Shown: positions 1-9,992, counted from the stretch's first letter. The stretch is DNA of 64,000 nucleotides from a bacterium (GCA_035454885.1 DATIGE010000004.1:67096-131095); one strand, 5' to 3'. Numbers and translations are program-made. Notes: generated by a model not told the origin, from the letters alone.

Positions 1-645
1 AAGAAGTGGCGCGAGGAGCATCCCATCTACTACCCGCAGGACATGAAGGGCGAGCTCCGGCCGCAGTACGTCATCCAGAAGATCTACGACGTCACGGCCG
101 GGGAGTGCATCGTGACCACCGACGTCGGTCAGCACCAGATGTGGACGGCGCAGATTTTTCCGTTCAACAAGGCCCGCAAGTGGTGCACGTCCGGCGGATT
201 GGGGACGATGGGCTACGGGCTGCCGGCCGCGCTTGGCGCCCAGATGGCCTGTCCGGACGAGACGGTCTTCTGCATCTCCGGGGACGGGAGCATTCAGATG
301 AACATCCAAGAGCTGGCGACGGCGGTCCAGTACAAGCTCCCGGTCAAGACGGCCATTATCAACAATTTCTACCTGGGCATGGTCCGCCAATGGCAGGAAT
401 ATTTCTACGGACACCGCTATTCGGAGTCGGATCTGACCGCCGGCATGCCGGATTTCGTCAAACTCGCCGAGGCCTACGGGGCGGTGGGGCTGAAGTGCAG
501 CAAGCCGCGGGACGTCGAGCCGGTGCTGCGTGAGGCCCTCAAGGTCAAAAAGCCCGTTCTGATCGACTTCCAAGTCGCCAAAGAGGAGAACGTCCTCCCC
601 ATGGTGCCCGCTGGAAAAGCCCTAGACGACATGCTACTCGCTTGA
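1..645 (+). CDS. ilvB: Acetolactate synthase large subunit, 3' fragment (5' end is outside the window)
   Basis: The open frame runs from window position 1. It contains the TPP-binding C-terminal region (GLGTMGYGLPAALGA, ISGDGSIQMN) typical of AHAS large subunits, and the AHAS small subunit follows immediately. Confidence 0.85.
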   Translation, partial: KKWREEHPIYYPQDMKGELRPQYVIQKIYDVTAGECIVTTDVGQHQMWTAQIFPFNKARKWCTSGGLGTMGYGLPAALGAQMACPDETVFCISGDGSIQMNIQELATAVQYKLPVKTAIINNFYLGMVRQWQEYFYGHRYSESDLTAGMPDFVKLAEAYGAVGLKCSKPRDVEPVLREALKVKKPVLIDFQVAKEENVLPMVPAGKALDDMLLA

Positions 646-743
646 CTCGGAGGGGGCTTCGCCCCCTTCCGACGCCCAAGGACCGGCAAAGCCGGATCCT
701 TGGGCTGCCTCCCCCAATACAGGGGGACGAAGTTGGAGAAGCT

Positions 744-1238
744 ATGGAAAGAAAACACACGATCTCAGTTTTGGTTGAAAACGAATTTGGGGTCCTGGCT
801 CGTGTTGCCGGTCTTTTTTCATCTAAAGGGTATAATATTGATTCATTGTCGGTCTCGGAGACCACCGACCCGACGCTCTCGCGGATGACCATCGTCACGC
901 ACGGCAGCGACCAGATCGTGGAGCAGATCATCAAGCAGCTGAACAAGCTCGTGAACGTGATCACGGTGGAGGACCTGACGCGCGAGCGCCACATCACCCG
1001 CGAGATGTGCCTGATCAAGGTCAAGCCCGGGGCGAAGGCGGAGGTCTTGAAGATCGCCGAAAGGCTCGGGGCGCGCGCCTTGGAGAACAATGCCCACGCC
1101 GTCGTCGTGGAGGTGACCGGCGACGAAGAGGACCTGCACAAGGCCCTGGAGGCCCTCAAGCCGCACGGCATCATGGAAGTGGTCCGCACGGGGATGATCG
1201 CGATTCAGAGAGGGGAACATGTCCTTGTCGGGGGCTGA
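744..1238 (+). CDS. ilvH: Acetolactate synthase small (regulatory) subunit
   Basis: It starts MERKHTISVLVENEFGVLARVAGLF, the ACT-domain N-terminus of IlvH/IlvN, and a GGAGAA RBS lies just upstream. The ORF-track start at 642 is probably too far upstream. Confidence 0.85.
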   Translation: MERKHTISVLVENEFGVLARVAGLFSSKGYNIDSLSVSETTDPTLSRMTIVTHGSDQIVEQIIKQLNKLVNVITVEDLTRERHITREMCLIKVKPGAKAEVLKIAERLGARALENNAHAVVVEVTGDEEDLHKALEALKPHGIMEVVRTGMIAIQRGEHVLVGG

Positions 1239-1953
1239 CACGGATGTCTCGCAGGTTCCGGTCATGCGGGGCGGGATGGGGATCGCCCGCGAAGGGATCC
1301 CCTTCATCCTGATCGCCCTGGGCCTCTCCGCGGTCGTATTCATCCTGGCCGGCCCCGTCGCGGGGGCCGTTTCGCTCGCGCTGCCGGCGTTCGTCGTCAA
1401 TTTTTTTCGCGACCCGGAGCGGACCCCGCCGCCGGGCGAGGATCTCGTCGTGTCGCCTGCGGACGGGAGGGTCATCTCCGTCGCCGAGGTGGATGAGGGC
1501 CGCTATCTGAACCGGCGCATGAAGCGGATTTGCGTGTTCATGAACGTCTTCAACGTGCACGTGAACCGCGTCCCCATCTCGGGCTGCGTGGAAACGGTGC
1601 GCTACAATCCGGGCAAGTTCCTCATGGGTTACGCGGAGAAGGCGTCGCTCGACAACGAGCAGAACGCGATCGTAATCCGTGTCGCTTCCCGCGACACGGC
1701 GCTCGCTACAGCTCGTGAAGGAAGCCAGAAATCCGACGGGAGGGACGTCCTGTTCGTCCAGATTGCGGGTCTCGTGGCACGCCGGATCGTCTGTTACCTC
1801 AAGGGCGGCGAACGGGTGACGCGCGGGGAACGCTTCGGCCTCATCCGGTTCGGATCGCGGGTGGATGTCTATCTGCCCCCGCAGGCGGAGGTTCGGGTGA
1901 AGACGGGCGACAAGGTCAAGGCGGGTCAATCCGTTTTGGGGAGGCTCACGTGA
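1219..1953 (+). CDS. psd: Phosphatidylserine decarboxylase proenzyme (short, archaeal-type form)
   Basis: It has a Psd-like length and sequence with an FGSRVD self-cleavage-type motif near the C-terminus. It is followed by pssA. The start is uncertain: the alternative is M16 at 1264. Confidence 0.7.
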   Translation: MSLSGADTDVSQVPVMRGGMGIAREGIPFILIALGLSAVVFILAGPVAGAVSLALPAFVVNFFRDPERTPPPGEDLVVSPADGRVISVAEVDEGRYLNRRMKRICVFMNVFNVHVNRVPISGCVETVRYNPGKFLMGYAEKASLDNEQNAIVIRVASRDTALATAREGSQKSDGRDVLFVQIAGLVARRIVCYLKGGERVTRGERFGLIRFGSRVDVYLPPQAEVRVKTGDKVKAGQSVLGRLT

Positions 1954-2804
1954 AAAAAATGCAACTCAAGAAAAGCATCAACTTGGTTCCGAGTCTCTTT
2001 ACGACGGGCGGGCTCTTCTTCGCCTTTTTTTCGATCGTCCGGTCGATCAACGGCGACCACCACACGGCCGCCTGGGCGATTCTCTTCGCGAGCCTCTGCG
2101 ACGCCATCGACGGACGCATCGCGCGGATGACCAAGACGCAGAGCGATTTCGGCAAGGAGTACGATTCCCTGGTCGACTTGTCGTCGTTCGGAATGGCGCC
2201 CGCGATTCTCATGTACACCTGGACATTGTCCGGGTTTCGGCCCGTCGGCTGGTTCCTGTCCTTCTTGTTTTTCGCCTGCGCGGCCTTGAGGCTTGCGCGT
2301 TTCAACGTCCAAACGGCGCCCGAACGCCAGGACAAAAAGGAGAAGAAGCTCAAGTTCAGCGGATTGCCGACGCCCGGCGCGGCGTGCCTGCTGGCCACGT
2401 TCGTCCTCTTCCACGAGGCGGTCTTGGGGACCGAGTCCCCGGTCAAAAGCATCGCGGCCCTGGTGATGGTGCCGCTCCTGGCCGTCCTCATGGTGAGCAG
2501 CGTCCGTTACCGGAGCTTCAAGGAATACAACATCCAGAGGAACAACTATTTCTACATCCTGATCGGGGCCGCGATAATGATCGGCATCATTGCCATCGAC
2601 CCGAACATCGTCCTGTTCGGCGGCTTCATGGTCTACGCCCTGTCCGGTCCGGCCCTATGGCTGCTGCAACTGAGGCAGCCTCGCGCCGAAAGGGTTTCGG
2701 AACGGGGCGAAAGGACCAAAACGAAAGGACGGCGCTTCACCGTCATACCGATGAACGGAAATGACGGAGAGGCGAGGAGAGAGGATTATGAGCAACGTAG
2801 TTAA
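1950..2804 (+). CDS. pssA: CDP-diacylglycerol--serine O-phosphatidyltransferase
   Basis: It carries the CDP-alcohol phosphatidyltransferase motif DAIDGRIAR and is a multi-TM protein. The GTG start overlaps the psd stop, and the long basic C-terminal tail overlaps the leuA start. Confidence 0.75.
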   Translation: MKKMQLKKSINLVPSLFTTGGLFFAFFSIVRSINGDHHTAAWAILFASLCDAIDGRIARMTKTQSDFGKEYDSLVDLSSFGMAPAILMYTWTLSGFRPVGWFLSFLFFACAALRLARFNVQTAPERQDKKEKKLKFSGLPTPGAACLLATFVLFHEAVLGTESPVKSIAALVMVPLLAVLMVSSVRYRSFKEYNIQRNNYFYILIGAAIMIGIIAIDPNIVLFGGFMVYALSGPALWLLQLRQPRAERVSERGERTKTKGRRFTVIPMNGNDGEARREDYEQRS

Positions 2805-4317
2805 GATTTTCGACACGACCTTGAGGGACGGTGAGCAGTCGCCCGGTTACAGCATGGACACCGGGGAAAAGATCCGGATGGCCCAGCAGCTCGCGCGTTT
2901 GGGGGTCGACATCATCGAGGCCGGGTTCCCCATCGCGTCTCCGGGCGATTTTGCTGCTGTGCAGAAAATCGCTCGGGAGGTCGCCGGCCCGACGATTTGC
3001 GGGCTGTCTCGGGCGAACGCGGCCGATATCGACGCTTGTTGGGGGGCCATTCAGGATGCGCCCAAGCGCCGGATCCACACCTTCATCGCGACCTCGGACA
3101 TCCACCTCAAGTACAAGCTGCGCAAGTCCCGGGAACAGGTCTTGGAGGACGCCGTCGCGGCCGTCCGTCGCGCGAAGGGTTACACGGACGACGTCGAATT
3201 CTCCGCCGAGGACGCGACCCGGAGCGACCGGGAGTATTTGGCCAAGGTGTTCGAAGCCGTCATCACGGCTGGCGCATTGACCATCAACGTGCCCGATACG
3301 GTCGGTTACACGATCCCGTCGGAGTACGCGTCGTTGATCCGCTATTTGATGGAGACGGTTCCGAACATCGGTCGGGCGACCGTGAGCGTGCATTGCCACA
3401 ACGACTTAGGGTTGGCGGTCGCGAATTCGCTGGCCGCCATCGAGAACGGGGCGCGCCAGGCGGAGTGCACGATCAACGGGATCGGCGAGAGGGCCGGGAA
3501 CGCGTCGATGGAAGAGATCGTCATGGCCCTCAAGGTCCGCGAGAACCGTCTGGGGCTGACGACCAACATCGCAACCGAGCAGATCTACCCGACGAGCAAG
3601 CTCCTGACGCACATCACCGGCATCTCCGTCCAGCCGAACAAGGCGATCGTGGGAGCCAACGCCTTCGCGCACGAGTCGGGCATCCATCAGGACGGGTTGC
3701 TCAAGAACGAGATGACGTACTCGATCATGACGCCGGAGTCGATTGGGTTGACGGAGCATAAGTACATCCTGGGCAAGCACTCCGGCCGGCACGCCTTCCG
3801 CACGCGCTTGAAGGGGATGGGGTTCGACCTCTCGGACGACGAGATGGAGGAGGCGTTCAAGCGTTTTAAGGAGCTGGCGGACAAGAAAAAGGCGATCTTC
3901 GAGGAGGACCTCGAGGCCATCGTCACGAGCCTGGTCCGGACGGTTCCCGAGACTTATGCCCTCAAAGGCGTCGAGGTCTCCTGCGGGACAAAGAAGAAGC
4001 CGCGCGCAGCCATCGAGATCACGAAGGAGGGCAAGAAGCTCAAGGCGGTCGAAACCGGCGCCGGCCCCGTCGACGCGGTCTTCAAGGCCCTGAAGAAACT
4101 CTCGAAGTTCAAGGGCAACCTGGAAAAGTTTGTCGTGACGGCCGTGACCGGCGGGACGGACGCCCAGGGCGAGGTGATGGTGGAGCTCCAGCAGAACGGC
4201 CATACCGTGCGTGGCGTGGGCTCGCACACGGACATCATCGTCGCCTCGGCGAAGGCCTACATCGCCGCCTTGAACCGGATCGAGCACATCGAGAAAAAGG
4301 TCTCGGCCCAGCTCTAG
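2788..4317 (+). CDS. leuA: 2-isopropylmalate synthase
   Basis: The N-terminus KIFDTTLRDGEQSPG matches the HMGL-like domain, and the protein has the LeuA dimerisation C-terminus. The ATG at 2788 has an RBS. Confidence 0.9.
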   Translation: MSNVVKIFDTTLRDGEQSPGYSMDTGEKIRMAQQLARLGVDIIEAGFPIASPGDFAAVQKIAREVAGPTICGLSRANAADIDACWGAIQDAPKRRIHTFIATSDIHLKYKLRKSREQVLEDAVAAVRRAKGYTDDVEFSAEDATRSDREYLAKVFEAVITAGALTINVPDTVGYTIPSEYASLIRYLMETVPNIGRATVSVHCHNDLGLAVANSLAAIENGARQAECTINGIGERAGNASMEEIVMALKVRENRLGLTTNIATEQIYPTSKLLTHITGISVQPNKAIVGANAFAHESGIHQDGLLKNEMTYSIMTPESIGLTEHKYILGKHSGRHAFRTRLKGMGFDLSDDEMEEAFKRFKELADKKKAIFEEDLEAIVTSLVRTVPETYALKGVEVSCGTKKKPRAAIEITKEGKKLKAVETGAGPVDAVFKALKKLSKFKGNLEKFVVTAVTGGTDAQGEVMVELQQNGHTVRGVGSHTDIIVASAKAYIAALNRIEHIEKKVSAQL

Positions 4318-4343
4318 CAGCCCCGGAATTAATTCCGGGGCTG
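4318..4343. repeat. GC-stem palindrome CAGCCCCGGAATTAATTCCGGGGCTG immediately 3' of leuA
   Basis: A perfect 26-nt inverted repeat read directly from the sequence. The core CCGGAATTAATTCCGG is related to the copies at 4369 and 60528. Confidence 0.8.
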
Positions 4344-4368
4344 GATGTCCGGGATTGTCACGGGCACA

Positions 4369-4395
4369 GCCACCGAATTAATTCGGTGGCTTTTT
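4369..4395 (+). terminator. Palindrome GCCACCGAATTAATTCGGTGGC plus TTTTT (intrinsic-terminator-like)
   Basis: A perfect 22-nt hairpin followed by a T5 run. An identical 22-mer is present at 60528-60549. Confidence 0.6.
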
Positions 4396-4399
4396 CGAT

Positions 4400-4690
4400 A
4401 TGGCGAACTGTTATTCCTGCGGAACGGAGATTCAAGTCGACGGCATCGTCGGGCGCCGGGATACCTGCCCGAAGTGCCGCCGTGACCTCCGCTGCTGCAA
4501 GAATTGCGAGTTCTACGACGCCAACTCCTACAACGAGTGCCGGGAGCCGGTCGCGGAGCGGGTGGTGGACAAGGAGGCGGCTAATTTCTGCAGCTTCTTC
4601 CGGATGGCGTCGGAGCGGTTGAAGGAGGCTTCCGTGGCGGATGAGTCGAAGCGGAAATTGGAAGAGTTGTTCAAGAAGAAAGGGAATTGA
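4400..4690 (+). CDS. Small zinc-ribbon protein (Cys-x2-Cys pairs), hypothetical
   Basis: A 96-aa ORF with CYSC...CPKC...CKNC...C, lying between leuA and leuB. Its stop overlaps the leuB start region. Confidence 0.55.
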   Translation: MANCYSCGTEIQVDGIVGRRDTCPKCRRDLRCCKNCEFYDANSYNECREPVAERVVDKEAANFCSFFRMASERLKEASVADESKRKLEELFKKKGN

Positions 4691-4692
4691 GG

Positions 4693-5784
4693 ATGAAAAA
4701 GGCGAAGATCTTGATTCTGGCGGGAGACGGCATCGGTCCCGAGGTGATGGAGGAATCCGTTCGCGTGCTGGAAAAGGCGCTCGAAGGCTCCGGACTCAAG
4801 TTGAACCTCGAAAAGGATGTTGCCGGCGGGTGTTCCATCGACCGGAGCGGCATTCCGCTCACGCCCGAGACGCTCAAGAAGGCCAAGAAGGCGGATGCCG
4901 TCCTTCTGGGCGCCGTCGGGGGCCCTCAGTGGGACAATCTTCCCCACGACAAGAGGCCCGAGCAGGCCCTTCTGGGCCTTCGAGCCGGGCTCAAGCTCTT
5001 CGCGAATCTTCGTCCGGCGAAGATTCTGCCGGCCCTCGCGAAGGCCTCAACCTTGAAGGAGGACGTCGTCGGCGGGATCGACCTCCTGGTCGTCCGCGAG
5101 CTCACCGGGGGTATCTATTTCGGAAAGCCGCGGGGCATCAAGGAGACGGGGAAAGGGAAGAAGGGATTCAACACCGAGGTCTATACGACGCCGGAAATCG
5201 ACCGGATCGTGCGGTCCGCCTTCGAGGCGGCGCGGGCGCGACGCAAGAAGGTCACGTCCGTCGACAAGGCGAACATCCTGGAGAGCTCCATCCTCTGGAG
5301 GGAAACGGCGGCGGCGATCGGCAAGGATTATCCCGAGGTGACCCTCGAACACATGTACGTGGACAACTGCGCCATGCAGCTCGTGCGGAATCCAAGGCAA
5401 TTCGACGTCATCGTGACGACCAACCTTTTTGGGGACATCCTCTCCGACGAGGCGGCCATGCTCACGGGCTCCATCGGCATGCTACCCTCGGCCTCGCTCG
5501 GGGCCAAGAAGAACCGGTTGGGGTTCCCGCAGGGTATGTACGAACCGGTTCACGGGAGCGCCCCGGACATCGCCGGGAAAGGCGTTGCGAATCCGCTGGC
5601 CACTATTCTATCGTGCGCCCTCATGGTACGGTACTCGTTGGGCCGCGACGACGTCGCCGGGCGGATCGAAAGGGCGGTCGAGAAAACGCTCGAGGACGGC
5701 TTCCGCTGCGGTGACATTCAGGAAGAGGGAAAACAACAGATCGGTACGCGGGAAATGGCCGGGAAAGTGATGGAGAGACTGTGA
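4693..5784 (+). CDS. leuB: 3-isopropylmalate dehydrogenase
   Basis: The N-terminus [14 protein letters not shown] and the overall sequence are typical of LeuB. The ORF-track start at 4687 is TTG; the ATG at 4693 is preferred. Confidence 0.9.
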   Translation: MKKAKILILAGDGIGPEVMEESVRVLEKALEGSGLKLNLEKDVAGGCSIDRSGIPLTPETLKKAKKADAVLLGAVGGPQWDNLPHDKRPEQALLGLRAGLKLFANLRPAKILPALAKASTLKEDVVGGIDLLVVRELTGGIYFGKPRGIKETGKGKKGFNTEVYTTPEIDRIVRSAFEAARARRKKVTSVDKANILESSILWRETAAAIGKDYPEVTLEHMYVDNCAMQLVRNPRQFDVIVTTNLFGDILSDEAAMLTGSIGMLPSASLGAKKNRLGFPQGMYEPVHGSAPDIAGKGVANPLATILSCALMVRYSLGRDDVAGRIERAVEKTLEDGFRCGDIQEEGKQQIGTREMAGKVMERL

Positions 5785-6797
5785 AAAAGCAAAAATATAA
5801 TCTGGCGATTCTGGGAGCGACCGGGGTGGTCGGCCGGGAGATGATCGAAATCCTCGCGGAGAGAAAATTCCCCGTCGGCGAGCTCCGTCTCTTCGCCTCT
5901 GAAAAATCGGTGGGCGAGGAGATCGAGTGGGAGGGCAAGCCCGTCAAGGTGAGGCTTGTCGGCGACAACGCCTTCGCCGGCATTGACATCGTCATGGGCG
6001 ACACGCCCACCGCCGTTTCGAAGGAGTTGATTCCCAAGGCCGTCGCCCAGGGCGCGGTCGCCGTGGATTGCTCCAGCGCCTTCCGGATGGACCCGAACGT
6101 TCCGCTCGTCGTCCCGGAGGTCAACGCGGCCGCCATCGCCCGCCACAAGGGCATCATTGCGGGCGCCAACTGCTCCGCGATTCCGGTCGCCGTGGCCGTC
6201 AAGCCCATCCATGATCAATACGGCGTCAAACGGCTCGTCCTCTCCACCTACCAGTCCGCCTCCGGGGCGGGGAAGGGCGGCACCGACGAACTGGCCCAGC
6301 AGACCACGGCCCTCTTCAGCCAAAAGGACCCGGTCCTGAAGGTCTTTCCGTACCGGCTCGCCTTCAACGTCATCCCGCAGATCGACAGTTTTCTGCCGGG
6401 GGGGGACACCAAGGAGGAGGCGAAAATCGTCGAGGAGCTGAAAAAGATGATCGAGGCCCCGAACATGGGCGTGACGGTCACGGCGGTTCGAGTGCCGGTC
6501 TTCGTCGGCCATTCCGCCGCCGTCAACATCGAAACGGAGAAAAAGGCGCAGGCCTCCGAGGTCCGCGAGCTCCTGCGCAAGATCCCGGGAGTGGTCGTGA
6601 AGGACGAGCCGGCCAAGAAGGAATACCCGCTCCCCATCGAGGCCGCGGGCCAGGACGAGGTCTACGTCGGACGTATCCGCGAAGACGCGTCGATCCCGAA
6701 CGGCCTCAATCTTTGGGTGGCGGCGGACAATCTGAGGAAAGGCGCCGCCTTGAATGCGGTGCAAATCGCGGAAATCCTCATTGAAAAATACCTCTAA
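5781..6797 (+). CDS. asd: Aspartate-semialdehyde dehydrogenase
   Basis: It has the NAD-binding motif LGATGVVG and the active-site region GANCSAI. The GTG start overlaps the leuB stop. Confidence 0.9.
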   Translation: MKKQKYNLAILGATGVVGREMIEILAERKFPVGELRLFASEKSVGEEIEWEGKPVKVRLVGDNAFAGIDIVMGDTPTAVSKELIPKAVAQGAVAVDCSSAFRMDPNVPLVVPEVNAAAIARHKGIIAGANCSAIPVAVAVKPIHDQYGVKRLVLSTYQSASGAGKGGTDELAQQTTALFSQKDPVLKVFPYRLAFNVIPQIDSFLPGGDTKEEAKIVEELKKMIEAPNMGVTVTAVRVPVFVGHSAAVNIETEKKAQASEVRELLRKIPGVVVKDEPAKKEYPLPIEAAGQDEVYVGRIREDASIPNGLNLWVAADNLRKGAALNAVQIAEILIEKYL

Positions 6798-8583
6798 AAT
6801 ATCCGTAGGGGCGATCCTTGTGATCGCCCTCACGATGCCGGCATCGGTTTCCGCCTTCCCCGACCGGGAAAAAGCTTCGCTCAGCCTCGTCAGCTCCCAG
6901 GCCACGTCCTTCATCGCCCAGAGCGACCGTTTTCTCTTCCTCAGCTTCTCCAACAAGATCTTTCGCATCGACACCGAGACCTTCGCGTTAACGTCCGAGC
7001 AGGTCCCGCTCCTGGAAGGGGACGAGAACGAGGGGATTGCTGACACGGGCGGAGACGTGACGGGGCTCTCCATCCGCGGAAACTCGCTCTTCGCGGCCCA
7101 GAGCGACGGTGACCTCCTGACGATCAACCTGGACGACCTGGCGGCCGAGCCGGACGCCTTTCACGTGATCGACGGATCGTTCGGCGAGATCGCCGCCGAT
7201 CCCGAGGCCGCTGCCTCCGACGACCAGGTATATCTCCTCAATCCCGGGGGCAACTCCGTCGTCGTGTTCGATACGGGCGACGAGACCTCGGGCTCGGTGA
7301 CTTTCGTGGACGGTTTGGGCTCTCCGGTCTCGCCGGAGGCCATCGTCTTCGTCCCGTTCGTCGGTGGAAACGACAAGATCTACGTCACCAGCAACCGGGG
7401 GCTCGTTTTCGTGCTGGCGGAGGGTGCGGTGAGCCTGTCCGGGACGATCACGATCTCGGCGACGAACAAGGATCTTCCGGCCGCGGCCGCGACGCCGGAC
7501 GGGGATTTTCTGCTTGTCGTCGACGCGACGGACAAAGTTGTCCATGTGATCGATACCGCCACCGATACCCTGGTGGATACGGACCCGATCGAGGCCGGCG
7601 TCAACCCCATCCCCCTGTCTCCAAATTCGGCCCCTTCGGCCATCGCCGTGACGGAGGTCGCCCGTCCGGACGACCTGTACGCCTATATTTCGGGCTCTTC
7701 GGGCCTTTCGGTCATCGACCTAAACCTCAACATCGGCGGGTTTGGGATCCCCGAGGTCATCGACTTCAACGACGGTGGTTCGGGGGACGACACAAACGAC
7801 CCTCTCACCCTGTCTTCGACGCCGCATGATCTCGTGGCCTCCAGTGTGGACGACGGCTATGTGTACGCCTCCGTCAGCAACGCGAATGTGTCGGTCATCA
7901 CCGACAAACCCTTCGTCAGCATTACGGGCACGTCCTTGGGCGACGGGACCTTTTCCGAGGGGGAGAGCGTCGCACTGACCTTTCAGACCGACGTGACGGG
8001 GAGCTTTCGGGTCACGGTCGGCGATGAAACGACGCAGGTCGCCTCCGGAACGGTGGACACGGCCGGCGTGGACGTGACGACGCCGGACATCGCCTTTGAC
8101 GCGGGCCTTTTCGGGGAGGGGGCGAACCGCGTCTTCGTCTTCGTCACGGACGCGGACGGCCTCACGGGCCGCGACGCCGTCGACATCACGGTCGACACGC
8201 CTCCCCCGGGGATCGAAGTGATCAGCACCTCCTTTGGGGACCAAAAAATTTTCCTGACCTTCCGGCGTCTGGATCAGAGCGACATCGACCATTACAACCT
8301 TTACGTGGACTCGAACGCCGAGGCCGTGGGGAGCAAGTCGGAGATCGCCGGGACGATCACCCAGCCCTCTTCGGGCGACGAGGTCAAGGCCAAGGTCACG
8401 GGCCTCGAGAACGGCGTGACGTACTTCATCGGCCTTGAGGCGGTGGACACGGCCGGCAACACCGGAGCCCGCACGACGACGTTCCCGGACGGGACGCCCG
8501 TTTCGGCGACCCCGGAGGCAACGGTGGGGCTTGCGGAGGCAGTGGGGGAAGGGGGCTGTTCGCTCATTTATGGCCGTCCTTAA
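6754..8583 (+). CDS. Secreted YVTN-type beta-propeller / Ig-like / fibronectin-III repeat protein with C-terminal GGCSLI tail
   Basis: A signal peptide is present: ...[20 protein letters not shown]. An alternative TTG start at 6781 gives MKNTSK... The N-terminal half is propeller-like repeats, the C-terminal region resembles Fn3 (VTGLENGVTYFIGLEAVDTAGN), and the protein ends GEGGCSLIYGRP. Confidence 0.7.
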   Translation: MRCKSRKSSLKNTSKISVGAILVIALTMPASVSAFPDREKASLSLVSSQATSFIAQSDRFLFLSFSNKIFRIDTETFALTSEQVPLLEGDENEGIADTGGDVTGLSIRGNSLFAAQSDGDLLTINLDDLAAEPDAFHVIDGSFGEIAADPEAAASDDQVYLLNPGGNSVVVFDTGDETSGSVTFVDGLGSPVSPEAIVFVPFVGGNDKIYVTSNRGLVFVLAEGAVSLSGTITISATNKDLPAAAATPDGDFLLVVDATDKVVHVIDTATDTLVDTDPIEAGVNPIPLSPNSAPSAIAVTEVARPDDLYAYISGSSGLSVIDLNLNIGGFGIPEVIDFNDGGSGDDTNDPLTLSSTPHDLVASSVDDGYVYASVSNANVSVITDKPFVSITGTSLGDGTFSEGESVALTFQTDVTGSFRVTVGDETTQVASGTVDTAGVDVTTPDIAFDAGLFGEGANRVFVFVTDADGLTGRDAVDITVDTPPPGIEVISTSFGDQKIFLTFRRLDQSDIDHYNLYVDSNAEAVGSKSEIAGTITQPSSGDEVKAKVTGLENGVTYFIGLEAVDTAGNTGARTTTFPDGTPVSATPEATVGLAEAVGEGGCSLIYGRP

Positions 8584-9205
8584 GCGGTTATTCATTTTCA
8601 TGATGTTGTTCTGGCCTGCGGCCTTGCCGGCGGCGGAAAATACGCCTCAATGGTTCTCCCTGGAATTCAAGGCGGGCGCCTGGTTTCCGACCAACGGGAC
8701 GACGCGCGGTTCCCTCGGCACCGTTTCCCCCACGGGTTCGATCGAGTTCGGATTCCTGTACAAATCGAAGTTCGGGGCGGAGCTCGGGGTCGGCCTCCTG
8801 ATGGAGGACGGGACCGCCTTCGGCGCGACGTCGGGCGCACCCTCCGGGGACAAGTTCAACCTGCTCCTGATTCCCGTCCACAACAGCTTCGCCTTCCGGG
8901 CGGATTTCAGGGAGGACCAGCTCCTGGTCCCCTACGTGAAGGCGGGACCGGATTACGTCTTTTTCCGGGAAACCCTGAACGGTGGCTCGACCAGCGGGTT
9001 CAAGTTCGGGCTTCACGGGGCGGCGGGGCTTCAGATCCTGCTGGACCGGCTCGACCCGCTCTCGGACTTCATGGAGAACGAGATGGGAGTGAATGACGTC
9101 TATTTCACGATCGAAGGACGCTACGGCTGGATCAACAACTTCGGCGGGGGCGGATTGGACCTCTCGAACCTCACGGCGACCGGTGGATTCCTCTTCGAAT
9201 TTTAG
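8570..9205 (+). CDS. Small outer-membrane beta-barrel protein (OmpA/OmpW-like fold), hypothetical
   Basis: It has the signal peptide MAVLKRLFIFMMLFWPAALPAA and alternating amphipathic beta-strands, and it ends with a C-terminal Phe (GGFLFEF). Its start overlaps the stop of the upstream gene. Confidence 0.65.
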   Translation: MAVLKRLFIFMMLFWPAALPAAENTPQWFSLEFKAGAWFPTNGTTRGSLGTVSPTGSIEFGFLYKSKFGAELGVGLLMEDGTAFGATSGAPSGDKFNLLLIPVHNSFAFRADFREDQLLVPYVKAGPDYVFFRETLNGGSTSGFKFGLHGAAGLQILLDRLDPLSDFMENEMGVNDVYFTIEGRYGWINNFGGGGLDLSNLTATGGFLFEF

Positions 9206-9257
9206 AGCCTGTTAGCGACGAAGGAGCGTTACAGGCTCTTACGTCCACAGGACGGAC

Positions 9258-9992
9258 ATGCGTACCCTCAAACTTACGTTGGAATACGATGGATCGGCCT
9301 TCTCCGGCTGGCAGATTCAGCCGCATAAGAGGACCGTGCAGGGGACGATTCAAGACGTCCTCCGCAAGATTACCCAGGAAGACATCAAATTGGTCGGCGC
9401 CTCCCGGACGGACGCCGGGGTCCATGCCCTGGGCCAGGTCGCGCACTTCCGGACGAAGTCGCGCATCCGGCCCGAGAAATTCTTGATCGCCTTGAACGGC
9501 CTCCTCCCTCCCGAGGTCGCGGTCAAGTCCGTCGAAGAGTCGGACGGAGGCTTCCATGCGATTCGGAGCGCCCAATCCAAGACGTACCGTTACGTGATCT
9601 GGAACGAAGGATCACGATCCGCGTTGGAGAGGCTTCGCGCGTGGCACGTTTGGGACCCCTTGAACCTCGGTGCGATGCGGCGTGCGGCCAAGGCCCTCCC
9701 CGGACGCCATGATTTCAGCGCCTTTCGGGGTGCCCAAAGCGACACGAAGACGTCCGTACGGCGCGTGGAGCGCGTGACGATTCAAAAGAAGGGACCGGAG
9801 GTCCGGGTCGAAATCACGGGCGAAGGGTTTCTCAAATACATGGTCCGAAACATCGTGGGGACCCTGGTGGATGTGGGGAAGGGAAGGGTCACACCGAAGG
9901 AATTTCGAAAAATATTGCAGTCTCGGGATAGAAAAAAGGCCGGGGCGACGGCCCCGGCCTTTGGTTTGACTCTCGTTTCAATCCGTTACTAG
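9258..9992 (+). CDS. truA: tRNA pseudouridine(38-40) synthase
   Basis: It contains the catalytic Asp motif VGASRTDAGVHA and has the TruA length. Confidence 0.9.
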   Translation: MRTLKLTLEYDGSAFSGWQIQPHKRTVQGTIQDVLRKITQEDIKLVGASRTDAGVHALGQVAHFRTKSRIRPEKFLIALNGLLPPEVAVKSVEESDGGFHAIRSAQSKTYRYVIWNEGSRSALERLRAWHVWDPLNLGAMRRAAKALPGRHDFSAFRGAQSDTKTSVRRVERVTIQKKGPEVRVEITGEGFLKYMVRNIVGTLVDVGKGRVTPKEFRKILQSRDRKKAGATAPAFGLTLVSIRY

